IMG/VR virus record: IMGVR_UViG_3300036795_000110
Location: 1 to 61,623 of that record
Reading direction: 5' to 3' (one strand)
Length of the DNA stretch: 61,623 bases
Source of the DNA: a virus
Lineage: Duplodnaviria; Caudoviricetes
Part shown: positions 1 to 10,324 of the stretch, piece by piece
How positions within the stretch are numbered: position 1 is the stretch's first letter
How the letters are laid out: the number at the start of each line of letters is the position of its first letter
The notes under the pieces: generated by a model
What the model was told of the DNA's origin: nothing
The model's database searches: none
What the model saw: only the letters and a program-made list of their open reading frames with translations
Translations under genes and position numbers: made by a program

Positions 1-121
1 TGGCCGGGCTGGTCCTTGGCCCCCTGGGCCAGGACCGGCAGTGTGAGCTGAAGTGACACGGTGACTCCCGGGGTAGATCCTCCACTGGCGGTGGCGCCGT
101 CGCCACCAGAAACCGTACCGG
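1..121. repeat. Exact 121-bp terminal direct repeat (copy 1; copy 2 at 61503..61623), indicating a circular/complete assembly
   Basis: tggccgggct...aaccgtaccgg is identical at both ends, and the endolysin reading frame runs through it. Confidence 0.97.
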
Positions 122-638
122 TCCACGCGTCCCAGAAGGGGAGCGTGGGAACGGCCAGGTCCTCGTCATACGCGGCAAAGTTGACGTACTGGGTCATCTC
201 GTCGCCCCGGGCCAGGTGCTGGGACCCGGTCCAGTCCGCTCCCCAGTACAGGCCGTCCGGGTTGTGCTCCCCCATAACCACGGACTGGCTCCCGTAAACG
301 ATGAGGACGTATCCCGCGGCCCGGAGTAGGGTGTACACTTGCGAGATATATCCGGAGTCGACGGCGACCTCCATGTCCCAGGCGACCAAGCAGCCTTTTG
401 GGGCTCCGATCGCCTTCAGCTGCCGCACGCAGCTGGCCACGTCGGACCCGGCGCCGGGGCCGGGCGGGTTGGACCGGACGAAGATGGGCAGGACGTACCG
501 GGCCGTCCTGGTCGCAGCGCGGATCTCGGCCAGCGTCCACACGTGGGGGGTATCGCCCCCAATGTAGACGCACACGCCGTTGGCTTGCGGCGGGGTCCGG
601 GGCGGGGTGGCCGCGTCGTAGAACAGCAGGTTTGACAT
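1..638 (-). CDS. Endolysin, 5' part (GH25/DUF1906-like glycoside hydrolase domain); continues across the junction into 61292..61502
   Basis: Absent from the ORF track because it runs off the end. Manual translation from ATG 638: MSNLLFYDAATPP...VYIGGDTPHVW...LVAWDMEVAVD...LIVYGS...YWGADWTG...TQY. It has a DxE motif and is in frame with the C-terminal peptidoglycan-binding domain. Confidence 0.8.
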   Translation of the reverse strand, partial: MSNLLFYDAATPPRTPPQANGVCVYIGGDTPHVWTLAEIRAATRTARYVLPIFVRSNPPGPGAGSDVASCVRQLKAIGAPKGCLVAWDMEVAVDSGYISQVYTLLRAAGYVLIVYGSQSVVMGEHNPDGLYWGADWTGSQHLARGDEMTQYVNFAAYDEDLAVPTLPFWDAWTGTVSGGDGATASGGSTPGVTVSLQLTLPVLAQGAKDQPG

Positions 639-648
639 CTGTGCCTCT

Positions 649-1014
649 CTATCCTGGGTGGTTGCTTCCCACGCAGCCCAGCGACTTGTACCGGGCGGTC
701 AGGGCGTCCTCGATCGACCGGCCGTAGCCGGTCTTGGGGGGCGGCGCGTCTCCGGAGTTGATGGTGTGAATCAGCTGGCACCACTGCTGGTCGTCCCGCT
801 GGATAGCCAGCTGGGCCGCCGCGAGCGTAGCGGCCTTGGTTTCGGCCTCGCTGCGGACAGTAGCCGCGATGATCTGATTCTTGGTTTCGGTCTCGGTCCG
901 GGCGTTCCACCACAGGCTGATCCCGGCCAGGACCACGACCAGGCCGACCAGGTACCAGACCCGGCGGGTATGGGCGCTGGGCCAGTGCGGGCGGTAGTTT
1001 CGCAAGGTTATCAT
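649..1014 (-). CDS. Single-TM membrane protein of the lysis cassette
   Basis: Hydrophobic VWYLVGLVVVLAGISLWW followed by a helical region; directly upstream of the endolysin. Confidence 0.65.
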   Translation of the reverse strand: MITLRNYRPHWPSAHTRRVWYLVGLVVVLAGISLWWNARTETETKNQIIAATVRSEAETKAATLAAAQLAIQRDDQQWCQLIHTINSGDAPPPKTGYGRSIEDALTARYKSLGCVGSNHPG

Positions 1015-1021
1015 CGGTTGG

Positions 1022-1279
1022 CTACTCCACAGGCGACGAGCCAGGCTGCGAGGATGGAGACGAGGATGGCGACTCGGTAGGCGGTTTTCCAGACTCGGTG
1101 GGCGGGCTCGGCGGGCTGCTCAGAACCGCCTTGGCGTGGTCGGCCAGGGAAGGGGTAGTCAGCGCTAGGCCAATCACTAGCAGGGTGTCTGAAGGATGCG
1201 GAGAGAGCATCTGCGTAATGATCAGGGCTACGCCTGTTCCTGTTAGCAGAATGTCTTTCAGCAAAGTCCATACGCTCAC
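1022..1279 (-). CDS. Putative holin (two TM helices, Pro/Ser-rich tail)
   Basis: ILLTGTGVALIITQML and LLVIGLALTT segments; lysis-cassette position. Confidence 0.6.
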   Translation of the reverse strand: MSVWTLLKDILLTGTGVALIITQMLSPHPSDTLLVIGLALTTPSLADHAKAVLSSPPSPPTESGKPPTESPSSSPSSQPGSSPVE

Positions 1280-1294
1280 ACCTACCCCGATCCT

Positions 1295-3106
1295 TCACTC
1301 GCTAATCCAGACTACACCAAAGTGACTCTCCTGGCCGGCACCCACGAACGTGGTCCACGTGCCAGAGCCGTCCTGCGGCTGGAACTGGGGCTGTACGGAG
1401 TCTCCCGGCCTGAGGTAGTAAAAGCCGCAGGCGTCGACGCCCGGGGCGAACGTGGAAGACGCGGTCCGGAGGTGCTGGTACCAATCGGGAACGTTGTTCC
1501 CGCCCGGTGACTGGCGGATACCGGCCACCAGGTGCGTGGTTGCGGCGGGCGCGGTCTGGTTGTAGCCGGCGACCACCAGGTACCACCCGGCGACCACGGC
1601 CTGATAGCTGTTGGAGGCCCCCGACACCCACCCGTTGTAGTTGTCGCCCGAGTTCGAGCCCGAGCCGTGGACCCGGCCGCCCAGCGTGTTCATCGTAACA
1701 ATGTTCCATGTACCCCACGTGGAGGACGACTGCTGGGTCGTCTGGTAGGCCATCATGTATGGCCGGTTGATCAGGAAGCCCAGGTCGTTGGCCATGTGCA
1801 GGAAGAACTGGAGGGGGAGCTGGTCGGACTGGGTCCCGGCCTGCCACCGGAAACTGGTATCGGGCGGGTTCCACACCACCTGGGAGCCGGAAGGGGACAG
1901 GGCGCCCAGCCAGATGGCGATCAGCCGGGCCGGCTGCCCGTTGGCCAGGGTAGTCGAGGCCCCGGTGTTCTGCTGGGTGATCAGCTGGAGCGTGTCGCCC
2001 ACCTGCAGATCGAGCAGCCGGGTCATCTGCGGGGCGGTCCCCCCCACGCCCGCGGCCTGGTAGCTGCCCCCCCACAGGTTCAGCGACCCGTTGACCTGGA
2101 CCCCGGCCTGGCGCTGCCCTCCGGTGTTGGCCGCGTAGTTGACCGTGGCGTGGACCAGGTAGACGCCCGAGATCGGGACGGTATAGGTATTGGTGCCGGA
2201 GACGTAGGCTCCGAAGTTGTCGAAGGGCGAGATGCCCTGCGGGTTGCCGGACAGCGCGGGCTTGAACACCGTGTTGGTTGCCACGGTGGCGCCGTCCAGG
2301 TTGGCCAGCCGCAGCATCGGCGGGTTGTTCAGGAACGCCAGCGGCCCGGCGATCCCGCTATTGCCGTTGAGGAACGCGGCGGTTATCGCGGTGCTCGGGC
2401 CGTAGGTTGCCTGCGGCGTCGGCAGCGACGTGGCCGGCGTGGGCAGGGAGGCCACCCCGCACCACATCGAGTAGAACCGGGTGGTCTCGCCCGAGTAGTC
2501 GTTGCCGTTGTGCAGGTAGGTGTACCCGCCCGTCCCGCTGGAGTCCGCGGCGTAGCCCTGCAGGCAGTTGTACGTGTTTGGTCCCCCGGCGATCAGGTCA
2601 ATCACGTAGGAGCAGTTGTCGCGGGTGGTCGAGGCCAGCTGCTTGGCCCCGGCCAGGCCGGGCGTAGGCTCCCCGCCCGACGCTCCGGCGCCGAGCCCGG
2701 CCCCGCACCCGCCAGCCGAGGTCTGCGATCCCCACCCGACAAACCCGATCAGCAGGTACAGGCCGCCCGGGTTCTGGGCCTCGAACCCATACGAGCCCGG
2801 CACGATCGGCAGGAACTGGCCTAGCGCCAGGTTGCCTGGCAGGTCCGCCCCGTTGCCCCACAGGCCCCCGGTGTCCATGAAGTTGCGCCAGGCACCGTTG
2901 GTCACCGAGACGTTGGTGAAGGTCCCCGCGCTGCTAACCTGGGTGTTTGAGGGGATGTTGAGCCCCGCCACGTACAGGGGCCGGTTCGCGTGGTAGTTTA
3001 TCCCGTTCGGCGCGTGGTAGTTGCCGGGGGAGTAGTCGTACAGGTCGGTGATCAGCTGCTTGGCCGTGATCGGCCCGGTTAGCCACGTGGTAGGAGCAAC
3101 GGGCAT
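1295..3106 (-). CDS. Minor tail / receptor-binding protein with C1q-like beta-sandwich modules
   Basis: YTVPISGVYLVHATV and YQAVVAGWYLVVA C1q-like motifs; LQVGDTLQL / LRPGDSVQ ends; follows the large tail protein. Confidence 0.75.
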   Translation of the reverse strand: MPVAPTTWLTGPITAKQLITDLYDYSPGNYHAPNGINYHANRPLYVAGLNIPSNTQVSSAGTFTNVSVTNGAWRNFMDTGGLWGNGADLPGNLALGQFLPIVPGSYGFEAQNPGGLYLLIGFVGWGSQTSAGGCGAGLGAGASGGEPTPGLAGAKQLASTTRDNCSYVIDLIAGGPNTYNCLQGYAADSSGTGGYTYLHNGNDYSGETTRFYSMWCGVASLPTPATSLPTPQATYGPSTAITAAFLNGNSGIAGPLAFLNNPPMLRLANLDGATVATNTVFKPALSGNPQGISPFDNFGAYVSGTNTYTVPISGVYLVHATVNYAANTGGQRQAGVQVNGSLNLWGGSYQAAGVGGTAPQMTRLLDLQVGDTLQLITQQNTGASTTLANGQPARLIAIWLGALSPSGSQVVWNPPDTSFRWQAGTQSDQLPLQFFLHMANDLGFLINRPYMMAYQTTQQSSSTWGTWNIVTMNTLGGRVHGSGSNSGDNYNGWVSGASNSYQAVVAGWYLVVAGYNQTAPAATTHLVAGIRQSPGGNNVPDWYQHLRTASSTFAPGVDACGFYYLRPGDSVQPQFQPQDGSGTWTTFVGAGQESHFGVVWISE

Positions 3107-3110
3107 CGGG

Positions 3111-6100
3111 TCACCACGCCAGGGAGTTGTTACCGAGCTGGTCGAGCCCGGTCTGGGTCACTACGTCGGTACTGCCCATGATCGTACCAGCGTTCGGAGT
3201 AAAGAAGACATTGCGGAACCCGCTGGACAGCGGGCCGACCGAGGTGATAGTGAACACCGTACCGGAGTTCAGCGTGTCGGTGAAGGTCTGGCCGTCCGCC
3301 AGCAGGGCGGCCTGGGCCGCGGTGGCTATAAAGTAGTTGCTGGCTATCGGGGTCCCGTTGGCGGTGAAGGTCCAGCCCGCCAGGAGCACGGCGTTGTCCG
3401 GGACGTAGGGCGACATCTGGTACCCCACCGTGAACACGCCGGGGCCGACCGTCAGCTTGACCTGCTCGACGGTGACCGGCAGGCTGTAGGCCGCCCCGCC
3501 CAGGGGACGGCGGTTAACGATCGCCGGGTCGGCCAGGTCGGTGGTCAGTACCTGGGTTATCGCGTTGGGGTGGCTGGACAGATCGACATCCAGCGACTTA
3601 ACGCGCATCGACGGCTGCTTGTACTTCCTCAGGGACCAGTAGGCCCGGTCGAACGCGTCCTGGGAGGACGAGCCGCTGACCGACTGCTGGAGGGGACCAC
3701 GCGGGAAATACTGGCCGATCGAGGTTAGGTCCTTCTCGATGGGCGAGATCAGCGTGTTGGGACCCTGCTGGAGCGTGGCCTGGACGATCCCGCTTACGTA
3801 GCTGTTGTCGTAGTCGAAGCCCATCTTCGGTGTGAACGGGACCTCGCCCGCGATCACGTTATCGCCAAACGTGACGGAGGGGACCAGGTTGTACTGGGCC
3901 GGGCGGGGCAGCATCACCAGGTTGCCGCTGGGATCGCCGTACCAGCGGGCGCCCGACGACAGCGCGTCGGCGTTCAGGGCGTTGGACAGGGGAGCCCCGC
4001 CGGTCGAGTAGGCCGGGCCTAGCTGCATGTTGTCCACGACCGAGCCCGGCCCGGCCGCCGGGATGGCCGATCCCGCCCACGCCATGTACCGGCCGAACCG
4101 GGTCGACACGCTGTCGCCCTGGAACCCGGTAATCCCGGCTGCGTAGTGGGCCGAGACCCGGTTACCGGTCAGCACGTACGGATAGACGCACCCGTAGGCC
4201 GCCGAATAGTTCCAGTTGTACAGGATGTTGTAGCCCAGGCTGTAGGAGAACGATGCCTGGCCGAACATCACGGCCACGAGCGGGAGCTGCTGGCAGGCGC
4301 AAGTCCCCTGGTTGATGCCGTTCACGTAGAAGTCGAGTACCCCGCCCGTGAGGGTAAGCACCACGTGGATCACCTGGCCGAACTGGACCGGCGTCCCGCC
4401 CACCACGATGGCCGCGATCAGCGGACTCTCCACGTAAACCACGGGCGTGGTCGAGTTGGCCGGCAGGTAGATGCCCGCCCCGGCGATGAACCCGGGCTGG
4501 AGGAACGAGGCCCCGGCCGAGTTGATGAACGGCTGGCCCAGCACCTGGATCAGCTGTACCTGGGTCGTACTGGTCTGCTGAGCGATCGTGGGGACGGTAA
4601 AGAACAGCTCGATCGAGCAGCCGACGCCGCCGGCGCTGGGCAGGCCGGAGTCAGGACCGTAGATCACGCCCGGACCGCGGAACCCGGTCTTGTCCAGCGC
4701 GCTATAGGCCGACACGCCCATCCCGGTACCGGAATCGCCCAGGAACCCCATCGACTGCCCGGACTGGACCGGCTGGTTGCCGCCGTCCTTATAGGAACCG
4801 GGCCGCTGGTTGACCCGGCTGGTATTGGCCGCGATCAGGCCGTCGCATGGGCTGGCCGTCCTGACCACGCCATTTACCGTGTTCGAGCTGGTGCTGTACT
4901 GCTCGCTGAACGGCAGGCTCAAGTACGGGCCGTCGGCCAGGACCTCGCCCTGTACCGCGCTGGGCAGCTGGATCGAGGAAGCCACTCCCACGCTGTCGGT
5001 GGCGACCATGGTGGAGAAACCCCACTGGGCCAGGCCGTCCGGCCAGTCCTGCGGCCATCGCTCGACGAACCCGTACCCGGCCGGGTAGTTGCGGCCCAGC
5101 CAGTAGGCCAGCTCCCGGACCGGGCAGCCCTGCCGGACCAGGCCCGTCTGTACCAGCGAGGGACCGATCACCAGCGCGGCCTCGGCCAGCCAGAACACCA
5201 CCGAGGAGGACGGGGTACCGATCAGCTGCGGGATGACCTGGCCGAGCCCGGCGGTAGCCGGGGGGGTGATGTTGGGCAGGGTAACCTGGGTCCACGCTCC
5301 GGCGGGAATGGCCGAGGCAGTTACGGCCGAGGTGGAGATGTAGGCGCCCACGCTGGTATACCAGTTGATCAGGACCTGGGCGCCGGAGGACCAGCCACCG
5401 GCCACAAAGAACCACGCGCTGGCCGAGTATTTGTAGTTCAGGTTGATCGGGTCGGCCTCCGCGGCGGTCCCGGGGTTGGCCGTCGTCCCGTTTGGAGTAA
5501 CCTGCATCGAGAGCGTGGGGGTGGCGTTGGGGGCCGAGGCGAAAGCATGAGCCGAGGAGGAGGCGATCTTGGCGTTGTTGTTTGGGGTCCAGCTCCAGAC
5601 GCCGGTCTGGAACGACATGTTCTTGTTGATGGCGTTCGAGTAGTACGGGCTACCCGGGTTATTCGGGTTAAACGCGCCGTCGATGTTGTTGAACGCTACC
5701 GTCATCAGCCCGGCCTCGGGCTGGGACAGCTCGTACTGCTGGCCCCGGGTGGCCGTAATCAGCTGGGCCTTGGACGGGCCGTACGAGCGGGCCGAGACGT
5801 CGGCCCACTGATAGTCCTGGATGGCCGTGGTCGGATCGCCCGGGGTAGCGCCGAAGGCCATGGCGGTCTGCATGTTCGGCAGGTTGGGGCTGATCTGGGC
5901 CGGGCTGGTACTGGCCTGGCTGATGCCCAGCAGGCAGGCAGCCGCGAACGAGGCCACCCCCGCTGTCCACGCTGCGGTCACGGCCGAGCCCGCGGTGTAG
6001 GTGTTGTAGATAGCGCCGGCACTGATGCCGTTGGGGTTGGACCCGCCCTCGACCCCCACGCCCAGGGAGGTCCACGGCGATCCGGGCTGGGTGATCGAAG

Positions 6101-6587
6101 TGCCGGTGGTACCGATGCAGCCCACGCCGAACGCGTAGTCGGCCGTGACGGCGGTAGCCGCCGTGGTGAGGCTGGTCGAGCTGGAGCCGTTGAAGACGGT
6201 GAACGGGCCAAAGTCAACTACCGGGTAGTAGTTGGCGGGCAGGCCGGAATACTCGGCCAGCAGGAACTCCACGCCCGAGGCGTACCCGCCCAGCAGGGCG
6301 AACGATAGCCAGCGGGTGACGGCCTGGGCGTTGTGACAGAACCAGATCGCGCACCTGGCCCCGGCGTTCTGGTTGCCCGAGTCGGCGCCTAGCCTCCACC
6401 AGTTCCGGGAGCTGTCGGCTACGCAGGACGCGGGGATCGGTGCCGAGGTCGACGCGGTGTTGCTGGCGTCCCACGCCGCGAACAGGACCAGGAGGTTGCC
6501 CGCGGAGCTGTTGGGGTTGATGGAGACCGGGCCGGGCTGGTTGTAGACCCCGACCCACCCGCTGTTGTTTACAAGCGCTAGTGTCAT
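3111..6587 (-). CDS. Large minor tail protein (1158 aa) with carbohydrate-binding-like and LamG/ConA-like regions
   Basis: Directly after the tape measure; WADVS...TRGQQYEL...AG...FNNIDGAFNP hub-like motif; SIELFF...HVVLT...FYVNG LamG-like pattern. Confidence 0.8.
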   Translation of the reverse strand: MTLALVNNSGWVGVYNQPGPVSINPNSSAGNLLVLFAAWDASNTASTSAPIPASCVADSSRNWWRLGADSGNQNAGARCAIWFCHNAQAVTRWLSFALLGGYASGVEFLLAEYSGLPANYYPVVDFGPFTVFNGSSSTSLTTAATAVTADYAFGVGCIGTTGTSITQPGSPWTSLGVGVEGGSNPNGISAGAIYNTYTAGSAVTAAWTAGVASFAAACLLGISQASTSPAQISPNLPNMQTAMAFGATPGDPTTAIQDYQWADVSARSYGPSKAQLITATRGQQYELSQPEAGLMTVAFNNIDGAFNPNNPGSPYYSNAINKNMSFQTGVWSWTPNNNAKIASSSAHAFASAPNATPTLSMQVTPNGTTANPGTAAEADPINLNYKYSASAWFFVAGGWSSGAQVLINWYTSVGAYISTSAVTASAIPAGAWTQVTLPNITPPATAGLGQVIPQLIGTPSSSVVFWLAEAALVIGPSLVQTGLVRQGCPVRELAYWLGRNYPAGYGFVERWPQDWPDGLAQWGFSTMVATDSVGVASSIQLPSAVQGEVLADGPYLSLPFSEQYSTSSNTVNGVVRTASPCDGLIAANTSRVNQRPGSYKDGGNQPVQSGQSMGFLGDSGTGMGVSAYSALDKTGFRGPGVIYGPDSGLPSAGGVGCSIELFFTVPTIAQQTSTTQVQLIQVLGQPFINSAGASFLQPGFIAGAGIYLPANSTTPVVYVESPLIAAIVVGGTPVQFGQVIHVVLTLTGGVLDFYVNGINQGTCACQQLPLVAVMFGQASFSYSLGYNILYNWNYSAAYGCVYPYVLTGNRVSAHYAAGITGFQGDSVSTRFGRYMAWAGSAIPAAGPGSVVDNMQLGPAYSTGGAPLSNALNADALSSGARWYGDPSGNLVMLPRPAQYNLVPSVTFGDNVIAGEVPFTPKMGFDYDNSYVSGIVQATLQQGPNTLISPIEKDLTSIGQYFPRGPLQQSVSGSSSQDAFDRAYWSLRKYKQPSMRVKSLDVDLSSHPNAITQVLTTDLADPAIVNRRPLGGAAYSLPVTVEQVKLTVGPGVFTVGYQMSPYVPDNAVLLAGWTFTANGTPIASNYFIATAAQAALLADGQTFTDTLNSGTVFTITSVGPLSSGFRNVFFTPNAGTIMGSTDVVTQTGLDQLGNNSLAW

Positions 6588-9163
6588 TAGCTCGGCTTTG
6601 CCACTCCGGTAACCTGCCCGCTGTTCCTGATATTGTACTGGTACAGCTGGCTCTTGGCTATCTCGAAGAGGGTCTGGCCGTTCACCTGGACGATCAGGTT
6701 ACCGCCGGGGGCCGCCGCTCCGGCGGTAGCTCCGCCGAAGCCCCCGCCCGCGCCTCCCGTCGCCCCTCCGTAAGCTACAGAGGACGTGGCCAGGGGCTGG
6801 GATGCCAGCGCATTCGCCACAGACGCCATGGCCGCGTGGACGGCGGGTGCCCCGGCCATGATGCCGTTTATCAGGCCCTGCATGATCATCATGCCGTGGT
6901 TGTGGAACACCTGGGACGGCGAGAACATGTGCAGGATCGAGGAGAACGCGTTGCTGACCATGCTGCCGATGTGGCTGATGGTGCCGAGCAGGCCGCCGAC
7001 CGCGCCTTCCACGCCGTTGATCAGGCCCTGGATCAGGTTTACTCCGGCGTTCCACAGGAGGTGGCCGAACCCGGATACCACGCCCAGGATCCAGCCCGGC
7101 AGCCGGCGGAACCAGCCGACGACGTCCGAGACCATCCGGGAGACACCGTTGGTGATCTGGGACCAGTACGTGATCAGCAGGGCCGCGATCAGCGCGATGG
7201 GGCCGAGGAGGATACCGACCAGCAGCATCCAGTGGCCCTTGATAAAGTTTACCACGTCCGTCACGGCGGTCTTGAGGAACGAGACCACGGCGTTGAACGC
7301 CTTGATCACGCCCTCGCGCGCCGCATCGGTTATGTTCTCGATGTCGTGCCACAGGCTCTTCCAGAACGCGCGGAAGGCCGCGCACTTAAGCCACAGGACG
7401 ACAAAGATCGCGGCCAGCGCCACCAGGGCGATGATGATCAGCGTGATGGGGTTGGCGTCCATGGCCGCGTCGAGCAGCCACTGGGCCGCAGCGTACAGCC
7501 TGGCCGCTACCGCGGACTCCCGCAGGACCTGCGGCAGCAGGGTCAGCTTGGTAACGAACGTAAATGCGGTATTGAACCCGGACAGGACGCCCTGTACCGC
7601 CTTGAACGCCACGTAGGCGGACAGCGCGTCGACCGCCACATGGGCAAAGAACGGGTTGGACAGGATCGAGGCCAGGTGGGTGAACAGCGGCAGGATGAAG
7701 TTTAGTATGGGCGGGAGCATCCGGAGCGCCGACATGAACGGGCTGTTGGGCTCCAGCGCGTTGGCGAACACCGGCTCCAGGTCCATCAGGATCTTGAGCA
7801 GTGCCCCGCCCAGCAGTGCCACCACCTGGGCGATGATCGGGATGAACTCCTGGAACGACGAGCCGATGTCGTTGATCAGCAGCGTGGCCAGCTTGGACAG
7901 GCCGGGCAGCAGCGGGACGATGGCGCCGGCCAGCCCGAGGAACAGCGAGATCACCACGTGCAGGACGGCGCCCAGGGGGCCGGACAGCGCGTTTACGATG
8001 GCGGTCAGGACGTTGATGAAGGGTACCGCCATCGGGGCCAGCGAAACCAGGGCGTGGCCGAGCAGGCCCAGGAGCGCGCCGGACAGCCGGCCGATCGCGG
8101 CCATCGCGGGCACGACCAGCGCAGTCATGGTCCGCATGAAGTCCAGGAACCCCTGCGACTTGAACGCCGCCTGCATCGCGGTCAGCATGTGGTTGATCGC
8201 CACGGCGCCCTGCTGGGCCAGCGGGACGATGACCGGCAGCAGCTCCCGGATCAGGCCAATCGCCTTGCCGATATCGTTGAAGACATCGGTGGTGATGCCG
8301 CTGGACTTGGCCAGGCTGGTGAATTCGTTCTTTAGGCTGGTGATCTCCCGCAGGACGTTGGCGACCGGGGCCGACAGGCCGTCCATGTCGTGCTTGAGCT
8401 GGGCCAGGGCCGTGCTCTTGGCCGCCGCGGTGGTGGCCGCTGCCACGGCCTGCTGGTCGGCGCTGATCCTCTGGTAAGCCGAGCTGATCTGGGTCAGCGC
8501 CGGGATGGCCATCACGCCGAACGCGCCCACGCCCAGGCCGGCCGCAGCAGCCGCGGGGGCGACCGCGGCAGCAGCCACGCCCAGCGCGGCCATCAGGGGT
8601 ACCATCTGGGCCAGCGGGCCGAGTGCAGAGACACCGGACAGGCCCATCAGGTCCAGCTTGGCCGCAGTCTCCTCCGAGGACTGGCCCAGGTTCTTTACCT
8701 CGTGGCTGGCCCCGGCCGCCTCATCCCGCAGGTGGCCCAGTGCGGTGGCCGCCTCGACGGACTTATCGCGTAGCTTGTCCTCCTCGGCCCCGGCCTCGGC
8801 CGCGTGGTCGCGCAGGTCCGAGAGGGCGATACCCTCCTCGACCGTCCGGTCCCGGGTCTCGTTGATCGCCGCCGCGGCCTCGGCATTTTTCAGGCCGAAG
8901 TCGCGGATAGCGTCCCCGGCCTCGGTGGCCCCGTCCCGCTCCCGCTGGAGGGCCGCCACGTCCTCGGCCAGGCTGTCGCGCAGGCTGCGCAGGACCGAGG
9001 TATTCTCGCGTACCACGTCGGCCAGCCGGTTCAGGGCCTCGTCGTCCTGGCGGCTGGCATCCGCGAACTGCCGGGCTACCTCGATCCCGCGCTTGAACTC
9101 TTCGACGTAGGGGCTGAGGTCGGCCTCGACCTCTTGGTTGATCGGTTCCAGTTCGTCGGCCAT
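6587..9163 (-). CDS. Tape measure protein
   Basis: 858 aa, Ala/Leu-rich helical; AAMDANPITLIIIALVALAA motif; C-terminal SPSQVF; downstream of the chaperones. Confidence 0.92.
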   Translation of the reverse strand: MADELEPINQEVEADLSPYVEEFKRGIEVARQFADASRQDDEALNRLADVVRENTSVLRSLRDSLAEDVAALQRERDGATEAGDAIRDFGLKNAEAAAAINETRDRTVEEGIALSDLRDHAAEAGAEEDKLRDKSVEAATALGHLRDEAAGASHEVKNLGQSSEETAAKLDLMGLSGVSALGPLAQMVPLMAALGVAAAAVAPAAAAAGLGVGAFGVMAIPALTQISSAYQRISADQQAVAAATTAAAKSTALAQLKHDMDGLSAPVANVLREITSLKNEFTSLAKSSGITTDVFNDIGKAIGLIRELLPVIVPLAQQGAVAINHMLTAMQAAFKSQGFLDFMRTMTALVVPAMAAIGRLSGALLGLLGHALVSLAPMAVPFINVLTAIVNALSGPLGAVLHVVISLFLGLAGAIVPLLPGLSKLATLLINDIGSSFQEFIPIIAQVVALLGGALLKILMDLEPVFANALEPNSPFMSALRMLPPILNFILPLFTHLASILSNPFFAHVAVDALSAYVAFKAVQGVLSGFNTAFTFVTKLTLLPQVLRESAVAARLYAAAQWLLDAAMDANPITLIIIALVALAAIFVVLWLKCAAFRAFWKSLWHDIENITDAAREGVIKAFNAVVSFLKTAVTDVVNFIKGHWMLLVGILLGPIALIAALLITYWSQITNGVSRMVSDVVGWFRRLPGWILGVVSGFGHLLWNAGVNLIQGLINGVEGAVGGLLGTISHIGSMVSNAFSSILHMFSPSQVFHNHGMMIMQGLINGIMAGAPAVHAAMASVANALASQPLATSSVAYGGATGGAGGGFGGATAGAAAPGGNLIVQVNGQTLFEIAKSQLYQYNIRNSGQVTGVAKPS

Positions 9164-9678
9164 CAGGGGATCAGTCCCCGGAGGGCCTTTATCGCCGCGT
9201 TCCGGAGCCGGCCGTCCTCGACGGTCTTGCGGTGGGTGGGCCGCATGTAGGGCCGGGGCGGTATCCGCACCCGCTTAGCGAAATGCACGCTGTCGCCGGA
9301 ACCCCACCGCAGGAACCCCTGCTGTACCCGGCCGTGCCGGTCCACGTAGGTATGCAGGGCCTGGACCACCCCGCCCATCTCCTGGATACGGGCGTACTTG
9401 ATCAGCGGGGCCACCCGTGACTTGGCCTTGTATGCGCCGGAGCTGACCGCGGGGAACAGCCGGGCGGAGCGCCGCAGGGCGCCGGAGACCAGTGCGGGGG
9501 GCTCCCCGGGGGCCGCGGAGGTCGGCGTACCACGTGGGTGGGAGGACTGCACCAGGGTCTCATCGGTAAGGACGGAGTGGTACTCCCGGGCCATCGCGTA
9601 GGCTACCTTTTTCGGCCCCTCCTCGGCCAGCTTGGTCTGCAGCCTCTGCAGGTAGGCGGGCAGCTCCTCCGGCCTCAT
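9163..9678 (-). CDS. HK97 gp10-like / tail-completion protein
   Basis: SAAPGEPPALVSGALRRS, KYARIQEMGG and IPPRPYMRP motifs. Confidence 0.7.
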   Translation of the reverse strand: MRPEELPAYLQRLQTKLAEEGPKKVAYAMAREYHSVLTDETLVQSSHPRGTPTSAAPGEPPALVSGALRRSARLFPAVSSGAYKAKSRVAPLIKYARIQEMGGVVQALHTYVDRHGRVQQGFLRWGSGDSVHFAKRVRIPPRPYMRPTHRKTVEDGRLRNAAIKALRGLIP

Positions 9679-9918
9679 TTAACCAGCCTTCTTGTTCGCT
9701 TGCTCTTCGCTGATCTTGTTCAGGCAAAGCTGCGTGGGAAACAACCACGTTCCCACGCCGACCGGAAGGTCCGCCCACCCCCCTCCATCGCCCGGCAGTA
9801 TCCCGTAGTTTATGATCAGCATGCAGTCGAACAGGTCGTGCCTGGTCATGCCCTCCGGGAGGCGCCGGCCTTTGCCTTCGATGTACCGTTTGAGCCGTCC
9901 GTAGTCGTCCCTTTTGGG
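9679..9918 (-). CDS. -1 frameshift extension of the tail assembly chaperone (gpGT)
   Basis: The -1 frame after C CCA AAA reads ...DPKRDDYGRLKRYIEG... Confidence 0.8.
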   Translation of the reverse strand, partial: PKRDDYGRLKRYIEGKGRRLPEGMTRHDLFDCMLIINYGILPGDGGGWADLPVGVGTWLFPTQLCLNKISEEQANKKAG

Positions 9919-10304
9919 TCCGGCTTCCGGTCGCACTTGGTGATGTAGGGAGCCATCAGCTCCCAGATCTCGTCGCCGTCGTCGATCGGCAGGTCACCGA
10001 TGGAGTCCTCGTTCTCCACGCCGGCATCGTCGCTGATCCAGCGCGGGACCGGCAGCGGGGTGATGTCGTCGTCCGCGGTGAATGACCACGCCACGACCAG
10101 GCGGGCGAACAGGGCGTTCCGCCGGACCTTCTGGATGGACATCGACAGCGGCATCCGGGACATGTCCGGCTTGCCCTCGTCGTCGAAGTCCACGTACAGC
10201 TTGATCGCGCCGTCGTAAACGTCCTTGTCGCGCTGCTTAAGCGTCTGGATGGGCCGCAGCTCGATCCAGTTGCCTGAGCTGAGTTCGTGCCTGAAACCTG
10301 CCAT
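9846..10304 (-). CDS. Tail assembly chaperone (gpG equivalent)
   Basis: ATG 10304 with GAGG RBS (MAGFRHELSSGNW...); lies between the major tail gene and TMP; slippery site near its 3' end. Confidence 0.85.
   Translation of the reverse strand: MAGFRHELSSGNWIELRPIQTLKQRDKDVYDGAIKLYVDFDDEGKPDMSRMPLSMSIQKVRRNALFARLVVAWSFTADDDITPLPVPRWISDDAGVENEDSIGDLPIDDGDEIWELMAPYITKCDRKPDPKGTTTDGSNGTSKAKAGASRRA
9912..9918 (-). other. Programmed -1 ribosomal frameshift heptamer C CCA AAA
   Basis: X XXY YYZ pattern in the correct frame (GAC CCA AAA GGG); an open -1 frame follows. Confidence 0.82.
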
Positions 10305-10324
10305 CTCTGTGCCTCTTCTGTGCC

